NCBI RefSeq assembly: GCF_009914755.1
Contig: NC_060940.1
DNA: 64,000 nucleotides
DNA from: the human T2T-CHM13v2.0 reference genome, Homo sapiens
Direction: 5' to 3' (one strand)
In this document: piece after piece, positions 27,940 through 39,848 of the stretch
Numbering within the stretch: position 1 is the stretch's first letter
How the letters are laid out: each line of letters starts with the position of its first letter
Program-made: the position numbers and the translations under genes
Notes under the pieces: generated by a model
The model's database searches: none
What the model saw: only the letters and a program-made list of their open reading frames with translations
Told to the model about the DNA's origin: nothing

Positions 27940-28340
27940 TGTCACAGGTTGGATTATCTGGGACGCTGACTCTGAGATGGAGTTTAGCATGGGGATGTTT
28001 ACTAGGGGGTACCCTTTGGAATAACACCTGGAGAAGAAAAGGAAGGGGAATCAGAAACAAACATAAAGAGAAGATGTGTGATGCAGCCCAGCAACAGCCT
28101 CAGACCACCCTGCATGGTCATCTGGGCTAAAGATCATCCTCAAAATAATCCCAAGAAAGCTGAGATGGCCAGACTTTTACTGATCAGCCCTCCAATGTGA
28201 GCTGCCCTGGAAAAGAGCATGACTTTGGCTGAGGTGAAAGCTGCAAGTGAAGTCACCTGCCAAGAGCATTCCCAGTAGCTGAGACCACCAGATCTTCAGT
28301 GAACTGGGGAACTGGGTGGTGCATTGCAGTGTTCAGTGCA
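27940..28340 (-). mobile_element. ERVL solo LTR, LTR16 family
   Basis: TGTCACAGGTTGG...GACTCTGAGATGGAGTTTAGCATG...GGAACTGGGTGGTGCATTGCAGTGTTCAGTGCA matches the reverse complement of the LTR16 layout. Confidence 0.7.
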
Positions 28341-28449
28341 GAAGCAATTCTACCCATGTTGGGATTTCCTGTTTCTTACTGTTCTTGATGCTTCCAAAAA
28401 AGTTAAAAGGAATGAAGCGATCTCTGCCTTAATTTAGGTTTCTTGTCCT

Positions 28450-28690
28450 GTGGTTTGATAGAACATTGGCATTGGTCTTGGGGGGAGGGGAGGAGTAGAA
28501 TCCTGGCTCTGCCACATATTACGTGTGACTCTGGGCAGGGGACAACTCTGTTTTCTAGGCTCTGCTTCACCTCTTTGGGCCTCGTTTTATTCTTCTATGG
28601 AATGGGGCAGCTAATGTTGATCTCAAGAGATCAAAGTGGATAATGCACAAGGAAGGTCTCTGCAGTTTAAAGTGCTGTGCAGAAAAAGGG
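28450..28690 (+). mobile_element. MIR SINE
   Basis: GAATCCTGGCTCTGCCACATATTACGTGTGACTCTGGGCA...CTCTTTGGGCCTCGTTTT. Confidence 0.6.
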
Positions 28691-28944
28691 AGGAGAGGAT
28701 CTTGTCCCTTTTGAAAATGGATGAGCAGCATTAGCCTAAGAGGGAGTGCCTGCCAAAGCTCTCAGCAGCAGAAGGCAGGTGAATGGAGACCATGCTCTTA
28801 TTCCTGCGAAAGCCTGTTCACCACACATGAGTATGCATTCCACACACTCCAATAGATGGCATGGTATTACACAGCCAAACTCTATTCTCAAGGATTTAAC
28901 AAACTTGAAGACAACTAATTGGCGATGTGGTAACCCAGCAACAT

Positions 28945-29174
28945 CAGTGTGACTTCTCCATTAGGAACAGTAGGCACAGTGCCCACAACACATTTAGAGG
29001 ATGCACAGAAATGTTTTATTTTCTTTTAAAATCAGAAGAAAAAAATGACCTTTTAGGGTAGAACACTATATTCCTCTTTAAACCAAAATGGTCATAAACT
29101 GTAATTTTTTTTTAATGGAAAAGGGGGCTCATGAAGATACATGTACCCAGGACCCGTGGAAGTGATAGACACTG
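28945..29174. mobile_element. hAT-Tip100 DNA transposon fossil (ORSL-like)
   Basis: Inverted termini CAGTGT...ACACTG; CCATTAGGAACAGTAGGCACAGTGCC and AAATGTTTTATTTTCTTTTAAAATCAGAAGAAAAAAATGA match recalled ORSL consensus. Confidence 0.7.
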
Positions 29175-29976
29175 AGGAATCAAGGCACTCTCTATACAGA
29201 AGGAAAAAGGGACAAACTATCTCACAGGGTCTAGGAGCCCCTGCTGGAGGAGAAGATGCTTCTCTGCTCACTCGGACAAATGGGGGAAGAGAAGAAAAAT
29301 GTGTGCAAGGGAATTGAGGTGTCAAGCATCACAATGCATTCAGGGGCTACCAGCAGCACAATATGGACAGAGTTAAATGGGAGGGAGGGGAAGGGAGGCT
29401 TCTGGGAGTTGGGCCTGGATCAAATCAGTCTTAGAATCCAGGCAAAGGACTTAGCAATTTATCCTGAGAGGGACTGCAAGCTTCTGAAGCTTGGGTTTTA
29501 TACTGAAGCAACTTGATACAATTTGGATTTAGAGAAATAATGCTGCGGCTCAGTGGAGAAGGACTGGGGAAGAGAGAATAGAGCTGGACATGCTTTCATG
29601 AGCCTGAGCTCCAGCCTCCCTGGTGGGGGCTTGTGTGGGCACCGGTTCCATCCCACACTGTGTGGGGGCTGGCACGGCAGGGACGTGTGCTCCGGCTGAA
29701 ACCACTAGCAAGATAAAACCACACAAAGGCTTTTGCTTTCCTTTCCCAAAGAATGATGTAAATGGTTTGGGGCAATGAATCACCATCCCCCTAGGTCCAT
29801 CTTTCAAGCAGAAATTCTGAAAAGTGTTTGGGAGTGTTAAGAGGTCCAAAATAGTATGTTATAGACAGAAATATGATACTTCAGGAAACTTGCTAGACAT
29901 TCATTTAAAGAGGTATCTTCTCACAAGCCCTTGCAAGAATGTGACCAAGTTTTTAAAAATTTGTTTCCCTCAAAAG

Positions 29977-30007
<31 letters not shown>

Positions 30008-30027
30008 ATATATATATATATATATAT
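29977..30027. repeat. (TA)n microsatellite
   Basis: About 25 TA units, one C interruption at 30006. Confidence 0.95.
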
Positions 30028-31480
30028 GAACTGTTGCTATGGCAGCCTAACAGCTTTTGGAATGGTGCTTAAACTGTAAAAGAGCCCCTAGAAAAGATAA
30101 ACTCACTAGCCCTGCCACAAATTTTCTAAAGCTTCCAAATGGTGGCATCTGTCAGGTGTCTGGCTACAGTCTTCTAGATCCTCAGCAGACACAATTAATT
30201 GGTGGCAGATTTTAGTATAGCTCGTTCCCTTTACTTCCCTGATTTATCTAATTGCCTTGAGCTCTGAGTCCCCCACTGCACAAAGGATAATTTGGGTTAG
30301 TAGCCAGGAAAGGAAATGTTAATTCTGTGGCTCAAGAATCACGTAGGGACAGAGAGTACAGGCGGAGTCAGTAAATACGTGTTTAATGCATGAATGAATT
30401 AATGAATGGCCAAGAAGTAATTCCTTGGAGATTCCACTCCACCCCTCTCAGGTTCAGCTACTTTCTTTGGCTGAGACTGTCTTATTTGTCTGTCACCCAG
30501 TAGATCCTAGGGACCCAGTCTGCAAGGAGCATGCACATGTCTTGGCCCAGAGCATAAAATAGTACCAAGGAGGCTTTCAGGAATTATTTGATGAGTTAGT
30601 GAATGAATGAATACCAGAAAACAATCCTCTTAGGCCCAGAGCACATGACTACAAAATCATAAGACACTGCCTTACTAAGTTACTTCCTGCTTGTCATGCT
30701 GTTCGAAGTCCCTCTCACTTTGAGTACAAACTATCCCTTTCCATGTAACGCAGGGAGGAAATGCACAGGTAACCTGAGCAATGCTCAGGCGCTTTGATCT
30801 TTCAAAGGAGAGAATCCTATACCAGCCTTTGAGATGCCGTGTTGACTCTGACAAGCTGAACAGAAGAGATAATGCTGTCTATATGGCTGGTTGTCGGAAA
30901 TGAAGTGATTAGATTTCAGTTGGATTGCCTGTTACCACCCTGGACCACAGGGCCCGGAAGGCAAGTGTGGAGAGCATGCTCACCTGCCCAAGAAGCGCTT
31001 GCTGAGCACTTGAGGAGGCAGAGAAAATCCTTTCCCAAAGATCAAGTGGCCCAAAGAGGGGCACCTCCAGCCATCTCCATCCTAGGGATGGATCCCCATC
31101 CTGGGGGTGGATTTGCTGCTTATGGGCATCTCAGGGAAACTGACAATGAGAGGAACACATTATTGATTTCGAGAACATCTTATGTTATCTCAGTAAATCA
31201 ATGCTGGGGAGAGGAACTGCACTCTGGTCTCCAGGTAACTGACATCCAAGCTGTACCTTGATTAGGGATTAAATTCATAAAATTGTTGCATAGAACATGG
31301 CAAAATGATTTTTTAAAATTCAGTGTCTCCTGATGAAGTGTTCATAAGAATTTATTGTGTTATTTGGGCAACTTTTCTGTAGGTTTGGATAGTTTTAAAA
31401 CTTAAAAAAGTTTTAAATCAAATGAATACAAGCAAAACAAAGGGAAAAACTTAATACATTTTTCCTTTTAAAATTAAGGT

Positions 31481-31775
31481 GGCTGGGCGCGGTGACTCAG
31501 GCTTGTAATTCCAGCACTTTGGGAGGCCGAGGCGGGCAGATCACTTGAGGCCAGGAGCTCGAGACCAGCCTGGCCGATGTAGCAAAACCCCATCTTTACT
31601 AAAAATACAGAAAATTAGCCAGCCGTGGTGGCACATGCCTGTAGTCCCAGTTACTCTGGGACTGAGGCTGAGGCATGAAAATCGCTTGAACCTCGGAGAC
31701 AGAAGTTGCAGTGAGCCAAGACTGCACCACTGCCCTCCAACCTGGGTGACAAAGTGAGACTCTGCCTCAAAAAAT
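31481..31775 (+). mobile_element. AluS (Sz-like)
   Basis: GGCTGGGCGCGGTG start; near-perfect TSD AAATTAAGGT 31471-31480 / AAATCAAGGT 31776-31785. Confidence 0.95.
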
Positions 31776-31849
31776 AAATCAAGGTGTAAAACAGGGTTTA
31801 CAGCTGGATGTGATCTATGTATACAAATGTGGAGGAAGTAGCTATATGG

Positions 31850-31994
31850 ATGTGTGTGTTTGCAACTGCCCAGAAACTGTCTGGAAGTCACACAGAAAAC
31901 TGACAATAGTGGCTTCCAGGGAATGAGATTGAACGCCTAGAGTATAGGAATTGAAGAAGACTTAATTCTCTGTAGACTCTTTTTCACCTTTTAA
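31850..31994 (+). mobile_element. Old L1ME-type 3' fragment
   Basis: TCTGGAAGTCACACAGAAAACTGACAATAGTGGCTTCCAGGG...GACTTAATTCTCTGTA. Confidence 0.5.
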
Positions 31995-32304
31995 TTTTTT
32001 TTGTTTGTTTTTGTTTTTTTTTTTTAGATGGAGTCTTGCTCTGTCACCAGGTTGGAGTGCAGTTGGCGCAGTCTCAGCTCACTGCAACCTCCGCCTGCTG
32101 GGTTCAAGTGATTCTCCTGCCTCAGCCTCCCGAGCAGCTGGGACTACAGGCACGCACCACCATGCTCAGCTGATTTTTGTATTTTTAGTAGAGACGGGAT
32201 TTCACCATGTTGGCCAGGATGGTCTCGATCTCTTGACCTTGTGATCTGCCCACCTTGGCCTCCCTAAGGGCTGGGATTACAGGCATGAGCCACCATGCCA
32301 GGTC
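31995..32304 (-). mobile_element. AluSc-like
   Basis: Antisense Alu with CTGTCACCAGG single-base deletion and GGATGGTCTCGATCTC; TSD TCACCTTTTAA 31984-31994 and 32305-32315. Confidence 0.95.
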
Positions 32305-32439
32305 TCACCTTTTAAATTTTAACCGTCTTTATCTATTTTAACCATCTTAACTGTTTAAATGTATCTATCTAAGGATACATAAAAATAAAAACAAATATTT
32401 CATGGGACATCCCACCTAGTAATGACAAATACTGACTTA

Positions 32440-32770
32440 ACAACTTCTGTACTGTTCCCTTTGCCTGGAAAATCCTTCCCGGTTTCTCCTGATAAATCCC
32501 TACTCATGATCAAGTCTAAACCCAGAGGTCACCTCCTCACTGAAGCTCCGCCTGATTTCCTCCAGCAGAAGTCAGCCCCTCTATGTTCTCACAGATCCAT
32601 GGAGCTGTCTAAAAGGAACTCTGTACCATGGTTATTTGTTTGCCAGCCTGGCTCCATCACAAGAAGAGGGGTTCTTTGGAAGCAACAGTACGGTTCCATT
32701 GTTGTATTGATACACATGATTTATTATTGTATCCCCAGCACCTAGTCCAAAGCCTAACATAGGGATGGTT
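32440..32770 (+). mobile_element. L2 LINE 3' fragment
   Basis: CTGTTCCCTTTGCCTGGAAA...GTCACCTCCTCACTGAAGC...TGTATCCCCAGCACCTAG. Confidence 0.65.
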
Positions 32771-32909
32771 CTCAAGATGACTGATGAGTAAACACATCCA
32801 GAGTCTTTTCTCCTCTTGCCATTTTTGCCCCTCACTCACTGGATACATTCAGTCACCTCGCTGCATTAGCCAGAACCCACTATGTCTCCTTTAAAACTCA
32901 AGTGGAGAG

Positions 32910-33865
32910 CAGAATGTGAAGAAAGAGGAATGTGTATACACTGTTAGTATGAATTCAAATTAACACAACCTTCGTGAAAACAGTGTGGAGATTTCTCAAA
33001 GAACTGAAAATAGGGCTACCTTTCAGCCCAGCAATCCCACTACTGGGTACCTATCTAAGGGAAAAGAAATCATTATATCAAAACGGAACCTGCACCCATG
33101 TGTCTATTACAACACTATTCACAATAGCAAAGTCATGGAATCAACCTCAGTGCCCATCAAAAAATGACAGGATAAAGAAAATGTGGCGTGTGTGTGTGTG
33201 TATATACATATATATGTGTGTGTAAAATGTGGTATATATGTGTATATATGTGCACATATACATATATACACATAAAAAAGAATGTAGTGTGTGTATATAT
33301 ACGTGTCTATATCTACATATATATACATATGTATATATGTGTGTGTATATGTAGATATAGACATATATATTTATGTGTGTATATATGTGTATCTATACAC
33401 ACATACATTATCTCTATACACACATATGTATGTAGAATATATATATACACACACACAACGTTCTTTTTTATGGCTGTATGGTATATCACGAAATACTACA
33501 CAGCCACAGAGAATATTACACAGTCATAAAAAAAGAATGAAATCATATCTTTTGCAACAACATAGATGAAGCTGGAGGCTATTATCCTAAGTGAAAAAAC
33601 TCACAAACACAAAATCAAATACTGCATATCCTCAGTTATGAGTGGGAACTAAACAATGGGTACACATAGATATAAAGATGGCAATAATAGACACTGGGGA
33701 CTCCAAAAAGGGAGGAGGAGGGTTGAAAAACTACTTATTGGGTATAATGTTCATTATTTTGGTGATGGGTGTACTAGAAGCCCAAACCTCACCATTATGC
33801 AAAATACACATACAATAAGCATGTACATGTACCCCCTGAATCTATTATTAAAAAATAAAAAAACT
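32910..33865 (+). mobile_element. L1PB-type LINE-1 3' end interrupted by a TA/CA-rich expansion
   Basis: ORF 32974-33225 starts with ORF2p-like KTVWRFLKELKIGLPFSPAIPLLG; L1PB-like 3' UTR ending GTACCCCCTGAATCTATTATTAAAAAATAAAAA. Confidence 0.9.
33187..33458. repeat. Complex (TA/TG/CA)n low-complexity tract
   Basis: Seen directly; lies within the L1PB. Confidence 0.9.
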
Positions 33866-33999
33866 CAAGTAGAGATTTAGGACATTGCCATACCAAAATA
33901 ACTGTAATAATAATTGCCCTCCAACTCCCTCCCATCCCAGCTTGGTTAAGACTGGAAGTCAAGGTACACAAGAATTGGAAGAGACATTATCAATAGGAA

Positions 34000-34230
34000 G
34001 CACTACAGTGCTGTGCTTAGGAATGGAGACCCTGTCTCTACCCATCGCTCATCGGTGGTCCTCAGCAAGTTCTTTAACTTCTCTAAACCTCAGTATCCTC
34101 ATCTATGAAAGAATCATGACCCCTGCGCATAGCAGCCAAAGTCTTGGTGACGTCAAACAAGATAATAAATGTAAAGCACATATCACAGTACCTGGTACAA
34201 GGGCATGCTCAGAAAATATCAATGTCATTG
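34000..34230 (+). mobile_element. MIR SINE
   Basis: GCAAGTTCTTTAACTTCTCTAAACCTCAGTATCCTCATCTATGAAA...ATGTAAAGCAC. Confidence 0.7.
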
Positions 34231-36213
34231 ACCTCTTTGCCCATCACTAGCTAAATAAAGCAAGATCAAAGAACACAACTTTGGTTCAGGTTTTTCCTTT
34301 AGTTATGATTTTGCACAGGGACTGGATGTTCAGGTGACCTACCACATAAGGGCTTCATGTAATCATTAGTTGATTGTGGTGATGACAGTCACATTGTACA
34401 CATTGAAGAGCTACAATGTGTAGGCAACAAGTGAACCGAGTGTCTGTTTATGATTCTGATGACACCAGATACAGACAGACACTTGGCCTCCTTCTCCACA
34501 GTGGCCTACATCCCAAAACAGGAAATACACATTCACAGACAGACCCAGCAGCACAGAGAGTTAGGAAGCAGGTTGCTAACACTTCAAGCTGTCAGGGACA
34601 ATGCAGAGCCCGGTGGGTTCTGCAGCACAGGTGAGCTGCCCCAGAAGCAGCTTTCTGGGATTCACTCCTATGCAAATGAAAGATAACTGGGTGACCTGCG
34701 ACCAGCAATTCCTGCTGGTTATTACTCAGCAGGATGCCAATGTGTGTACACTTCTCTTGAGCAAAGGGCAAATCTCTTCCACTTCTCCAAGATGTTCATT
34801 TCTAGGCCCCTGTGCTCTACTGAAAACCCAGCAAGGTCACAGGGCTTAGAAGCCTTATCCTGTAGCTGCCCAGAAAATTCCTCCTCTGTTCCTAAGTAAG
34901 ACATGTGTGCTAGAAACGGAAGCTCAAGCTCCAGTGGATTTCACTGTAAGTTAACTAGAGTGCCGATCCTGTGAGCCCATGCCACATTTGTTTAAAGCCT
35001 CTCTCCGTCTTTCCTTCCCACTTGGATTTTGACTGCTATATGCAGTTACCTGACCGTAAACTCCTTGAGGAAAGAGGAAGTGCCCTTTCATCTCTGCCTG
35101 CCTTTGTGGCATGTCATAGGTGCCTGTTCAAGAAAGTCTGGCATCTTGACCTGTTTGGGAATCAAGAATCTGAGTCTCAGCTAAAGTCATTGGTTAGTTT
35201 TGTTCTTCAAAATCCTTACAGTGCGATCAAGAACAAGTCCTTTCCTCCACCAGGCACAGAATTCTTTTCCATCAAGAAGAAGCTTAACCTGAAAAATCAA
35301 AGGATTGTTCCATCTGCATTCCTGCTGTTTTATGTTTTGTTTTGTTTTTTAAAGGTTTCATGCCACCAGCCTTGGAGTAATTTACCTTCCTCTCCTTGGA
35401 ATAAAAGCTTTGCAGAACTCTTCAAAATAGACTGTTCTTAATTTCCAGGTTAAAAAAAAAAAAACTACCAGATTTCCTAGACATGAAATTAAATTCAAGT
35501 ACTTTCTATTTAACTTTTGACTCTGATTCATTGACACCTCATTCTAATTGCCCCTATTATCTAGAAAAATAGGAAATGTCACTCGCACATCTTATTGAGG
35601 AATTCAAAGGGCCGATGAAATGAAGAGCCCCATTTGGCTCAGCAGAAATGAGATGATCATCATTCACAGACATATCCACAGGAGGGATGCACTTCCTCTG
35701 CTGAGCCAGGCTTCGGAGCAAATGAGTGCAAAATAAGCAAATGCAAGAGGAGTCAGTCCTACAATTTCCAAATCATTCTGGTGCGTTTGTAGGGGAGTGC
35801 GATTTTGCTTCTAGGATAAGCGTTTTCAATCATTGGTTTATTCCCTTAACAAACATTGACCAGACAATGAGAGAAAGAGGTGGGGACTCCTCACGTTGAA
35901 ATGTCCTCCCAAAACAGACCCACATTAACACAAGAGTGTAAAACACCTGAGAAATTATCAGAAATGTATAGTTCCCAGTCACAGGGGACTACCATCTATT
36001 TAACAATAGCTTGTGTGGGCTGCAGGAAAAGCCCCTGGCCTTATGTGGAGGTAATGTTTTTTGCCCATAATATGGGAGATTCATTCAGGAGAAAGGCAGA
36101 CAAGGACAGTGGTAAAAGACACAAACTCTAGCTAAAGTTAGACTTCCCATAAATACAAATTCCAAGGATAAAAGTTATAGCACTATGGCCATAGACAAGT
36201 TACTTATCTTCCC

Positions 36214-36599
36214 TGATATGCTTTGGATCTGTGCGTCCACCCAAATCTCATCTCAATTTGTAATTTCCATGTGTGGAAGGAGGAACCTGTAATCCCCAAG
36301 TGTGAAGGGAGGGAGGTGATTGGATCATGAGGGCAGTTTCCTCCATGCTGTTCTTGTGATACTGAGTGAGTTCTCACAAGATCTGATAGTTTTATAAGGG
36401 GCTCTCCTCCCTTAACATATGCTTCTCTTCTCTCTTCTGCCACCTTGTGAAGAAGATGCTTACCTCTCCTTCCACCATGATTCTAAGTTTCCTGAGGCTT
36501 CCCCAGCCATGCAGAACTGTGAGTCAATTAAACCACTTTCATTTATAAACTACCAGTCTCAGGAAGTTCTTTATGGCAGTGTGAAAACAGACTAATACA
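36214..36599 (+). mobile_element. MaLR solo LTR (THE1D/THE1C-like), inserted into a MIR
   Basis: TGATATGCTTTGGATCTGTGCGTCCACCCAAATCTCATC...GTGTGAAAACAGACTAATACA; ATTAAA poly(A) signal; TSD-like TTCCC/TTCTC; MIR core continues on both sides. Confidence 0.9.
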
Positions 36600-36819
36600 T
36601 TCTCCAAGATTGAGTTTTCTCATTTATAAAATGTTGGATATTAATAATACCTACCACATAAGGCTTTTGGAAGGAGTAAGGGGAGTGATACACTTAACAT
36701 CCTTAGGAACCTGACATATAGTAAGCATGCAAAACCTGTTAGCTGCTGTTATTATGACTTTTCTCTGTTAGTCACCTTAGTCCACCTTCCTCACATTTAA
36801 TTAAAAATATACTGAGGGT

Positions 36820-37760
36820 CCCTATTCATTTGCTTAGTAAGTACTTACTAAGTGCATACTTTGGCCCAGATACAGTACTTGCAACTGGGAGCACAGTGGT
36901 CCCAAATAAGTCCTGTCCTCAAAAATCTCTAGGTCTAGCTGGGAAGACAGACAACTAAAAAGGCAATTACAGTCCAATGTAGAAATCACAGTAAATGGTG
37001 TAATCCCTGGCTGCTAAAGCATTGTCTAGGTAATCTTAGGCTATTAGAAATAGCTCCTTAGAGATAGTGAAGTCCAAGCTAAGATATAAAATGCCTTAAG
37101 AGTGCTTATGAGGTGAGAGAGATTATGAGGCTTTGGGGGAAATAATGGCTGTGCCTTATGAGGAGGTCCTAGAGTGGATGTATATAATACAGGCAGGGTG
37201 GAGAGGGAATACCAGCTGAGAGATGAATCTGGACAGCAAAACAGTGGCCCTTCCCATTAAAGGATCCTAGAAGCTTGTTAAGAAAAGCTTATCTCTATCA
37301 TTGAAAGGAAATAAGTGGGAAAGTACAATATGTACGGATTTAAGAACATTGTTCAGGATATACATAGATAATGGATCACGTTGGAGCTGATAAGGGAGAA
37401 ATAACCCTGGAAGCAAAAATACGTAATAGGTGACAATTTCAGTAATATTAGAGAAAAAACATTTGACTTGCATTTGAACGGTGGCAATAGGGATAGAGAG
37501 AAACAAAACTATTTCAGAGATAGCCAAATGATAGAATGAATAGGAATCAAGAGGAATTAACTGCTATTGGAGGTGAGGGGTTGAGAGGCTTAAAGTATTC
37601 CGTCCATGTTTCTATTCTGGGTGAATTTTGATACTATTACAGGAATGTGGGACCCAGGAAAAACCTGGATTTGACGTACATATTTAAGTCACCACTGGAC
37701 ATCTACATGGAGACGAGCCGTAGGCACTTGGATAAGAAGGTCTAGATTCCCCAAGAGTGG
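36820..37760 (-). mobile_element. L2 LINE fragments
   Basis: ATTCATTTGCTTAGTAAGTACTTACTAAGTGC...TGTCCTC...GGACATCTACATGGAGA...TAGGCACTTGGATA. Confidence 0.6.
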
Positions 37761-38460
37761 AAAGTCACACTGGTAGAATTAATTCTTAAATTTCTATCTG
37801 GATATTTAGTTGTCTCCTGTGAATATTGCTCCAGTTACCACCGAGCAGATGGAGAAGGTAAATGGATTCGTAGAATCCTAAAATGTAAGAACTGTTAGAA
37901 ATCCTAGGTCCAGCCACCCTGGCAGTCCAGTAAATGGCTTATTAATCCCATAGCACAGACAGTGAATGGCAGAGCTAGGTCTGGGTGTAGAAATCAGGCC
38001 TCCTGGCTCGTGATCGAGGGCCATGTCATTTGAAGTCTAAAAGGTTCAGCCTCCTAGCAATCTCATTTCCTTGTGGGACATAAGCTACCTTGTTCCCATT
38101 TTAAGACTTATTTCAAAAGAAAAGGGGAAAAAAGCAACATGGCAATCATCTCAGTTGGCCTGTTCAGCCGGGTCCTTGCTAAACAATTATAATCCCTTTA
38201 GTTCCTTCTTTCTCCTCCAGATCTTACTATTACTAGCACATAATAGGTGTTCAATAAAGAGAATCCAATAACATCAACACTGAATAATCACATTCCTCAC
38301 TACCGAAAAACGTAGGCCTTTCTCTCCCTCTCAGATTCTACTTTTGGCTTTAGTGAAGGTCCAAATCAAGCCACATTTGAGACACAGACCCAGTGGCATA
38401 CTTTCCATCTTGACATACATAGTAATATGTGAATTGTTCAGTAATATTAGTCCAACTTAC

Positions 38461-38585
38461 CTTCTTCACCCATTGGATACTTGCTGCCAATTTCTGTAAC
38501 ACACTCCACCCATCTGATTGGTCACTCAACAAATGACAACACGAAGGAATGTCACAGGGCCGCTGAGCTGAAAACACAGTGATTT
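38461..38585 (-). other. Candidate spliced exon (125 nt) of an unidentified minus-strand transcript
   Basis: Minus strand: TACTAAT branch point (A at -22), AG-free tract GATCCTTTCACTTTTTGCAG, 125-nt exon, donor AAG/GTAAGT; in repeat-free sequence. Confidence 0.45.
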
Positions 38586-39848
38586 CTGCAAAAAGTGAAA
38601 GGATCATTAGTAACCTAGTGGTGCCATGAATTGACCAAGTGATACAGTATTAAACACAGTTGCATATGACAGACTTTTCTCTTAGAAGATGACAATCCAG
38701 GTGTGCAAAGAGAGAGAGAAACAAATTACTAAAATTACGTGAAAAGTGGGAAAAACTTGTCATGGATTTATAAGTACCACCGGATAGTGTGATTAACCAT
38801 ACATGCATTTCGTACTTTGATGACAATGATAAAAGCAATCCTACACACAACTTCTTATAACATGCTGTGTCATTCACATACATTTGCTCTTGCATGAAGA
38901 ACAAGCTATTGGGGGAAGGTATGAAAACTTAGAGCCCATTTCTGATAGAACCTATGTTCCAAAGCCAAAGCAATGTCTTCCTTCCTAAAGTGAGAAGCAC
39001 CGTTCTGGTGTTGACAGATCCTCTTGAACAACAGGCTCAAGGATGAAGAGTAGCAATAGCAGTGGTGGTAATAGGAGATACTATCCCCACTCCAGCAGAC
39101 CAGAGCATTGGGCTGACAGGGTTGCAGATCTTCAAGATTGCATTTCCCCTACCCACAACACCACGTTTTAGACTTTCTGTGTCTAAAATGGGGGCTGTGT
39201 TCTGCTTGGATTCTGGTCTGATTCATCTTCATATCTCCCAAAATGTCTAACACATTTCCTAGCCCAGAGCATCTGTTCAATGCATATTTGTTGAGTGAAT
39301 AAAGAAAGGAATATGGAGTGTCTAAACAGCTGTCATCTTTAAAAACTGAGGCACTGAACCAAGAAAGGTGCCAGCTGGCATAGCTTCCATAACACAACAG
39401 CATAAAGGAGTTCTTGAATGTCCTTCATCTCTAGGCTTCTACCTTCTAGGATCAACTCAGCCTGCATTAGGGGCTTAAACAGCTTATTTCTTTGACTTGA
39501 CTTCATTTCTTTCCAAATCTCTTTCCTTGTTTGATATTGCTTCCATCGAACACCATACACAAAGCCTTCTCCAAAACAACAAACAAGCAAACAAAAGCCC
39601 TTTTTAGTGAAGGGATGTGGATGGACCTTAGATCTACTAAAATTTGTTCATAGAGCCTGGTTTTGGTGACTGTAGCAAGATGAACAATAAAGCTGTCCTC
39701 TTGTGTGCTATTTATCCAAATGTCAGGACAGAGTAACACTGGAGTTATTCCTGGAGATACAGGGAGTCATGGAGGAAATGCTACATGCAGCAGTTCACAC
39801 AATGCATAACGAATGAGGAAGGACCCTGCTTGTCAACCATGTTACATG

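Noticed and set aside
34148-34155. Perfect CRE TGACGTCA
   Set aside because: Isolated 8-mer within a MIR with no supporting motif context.
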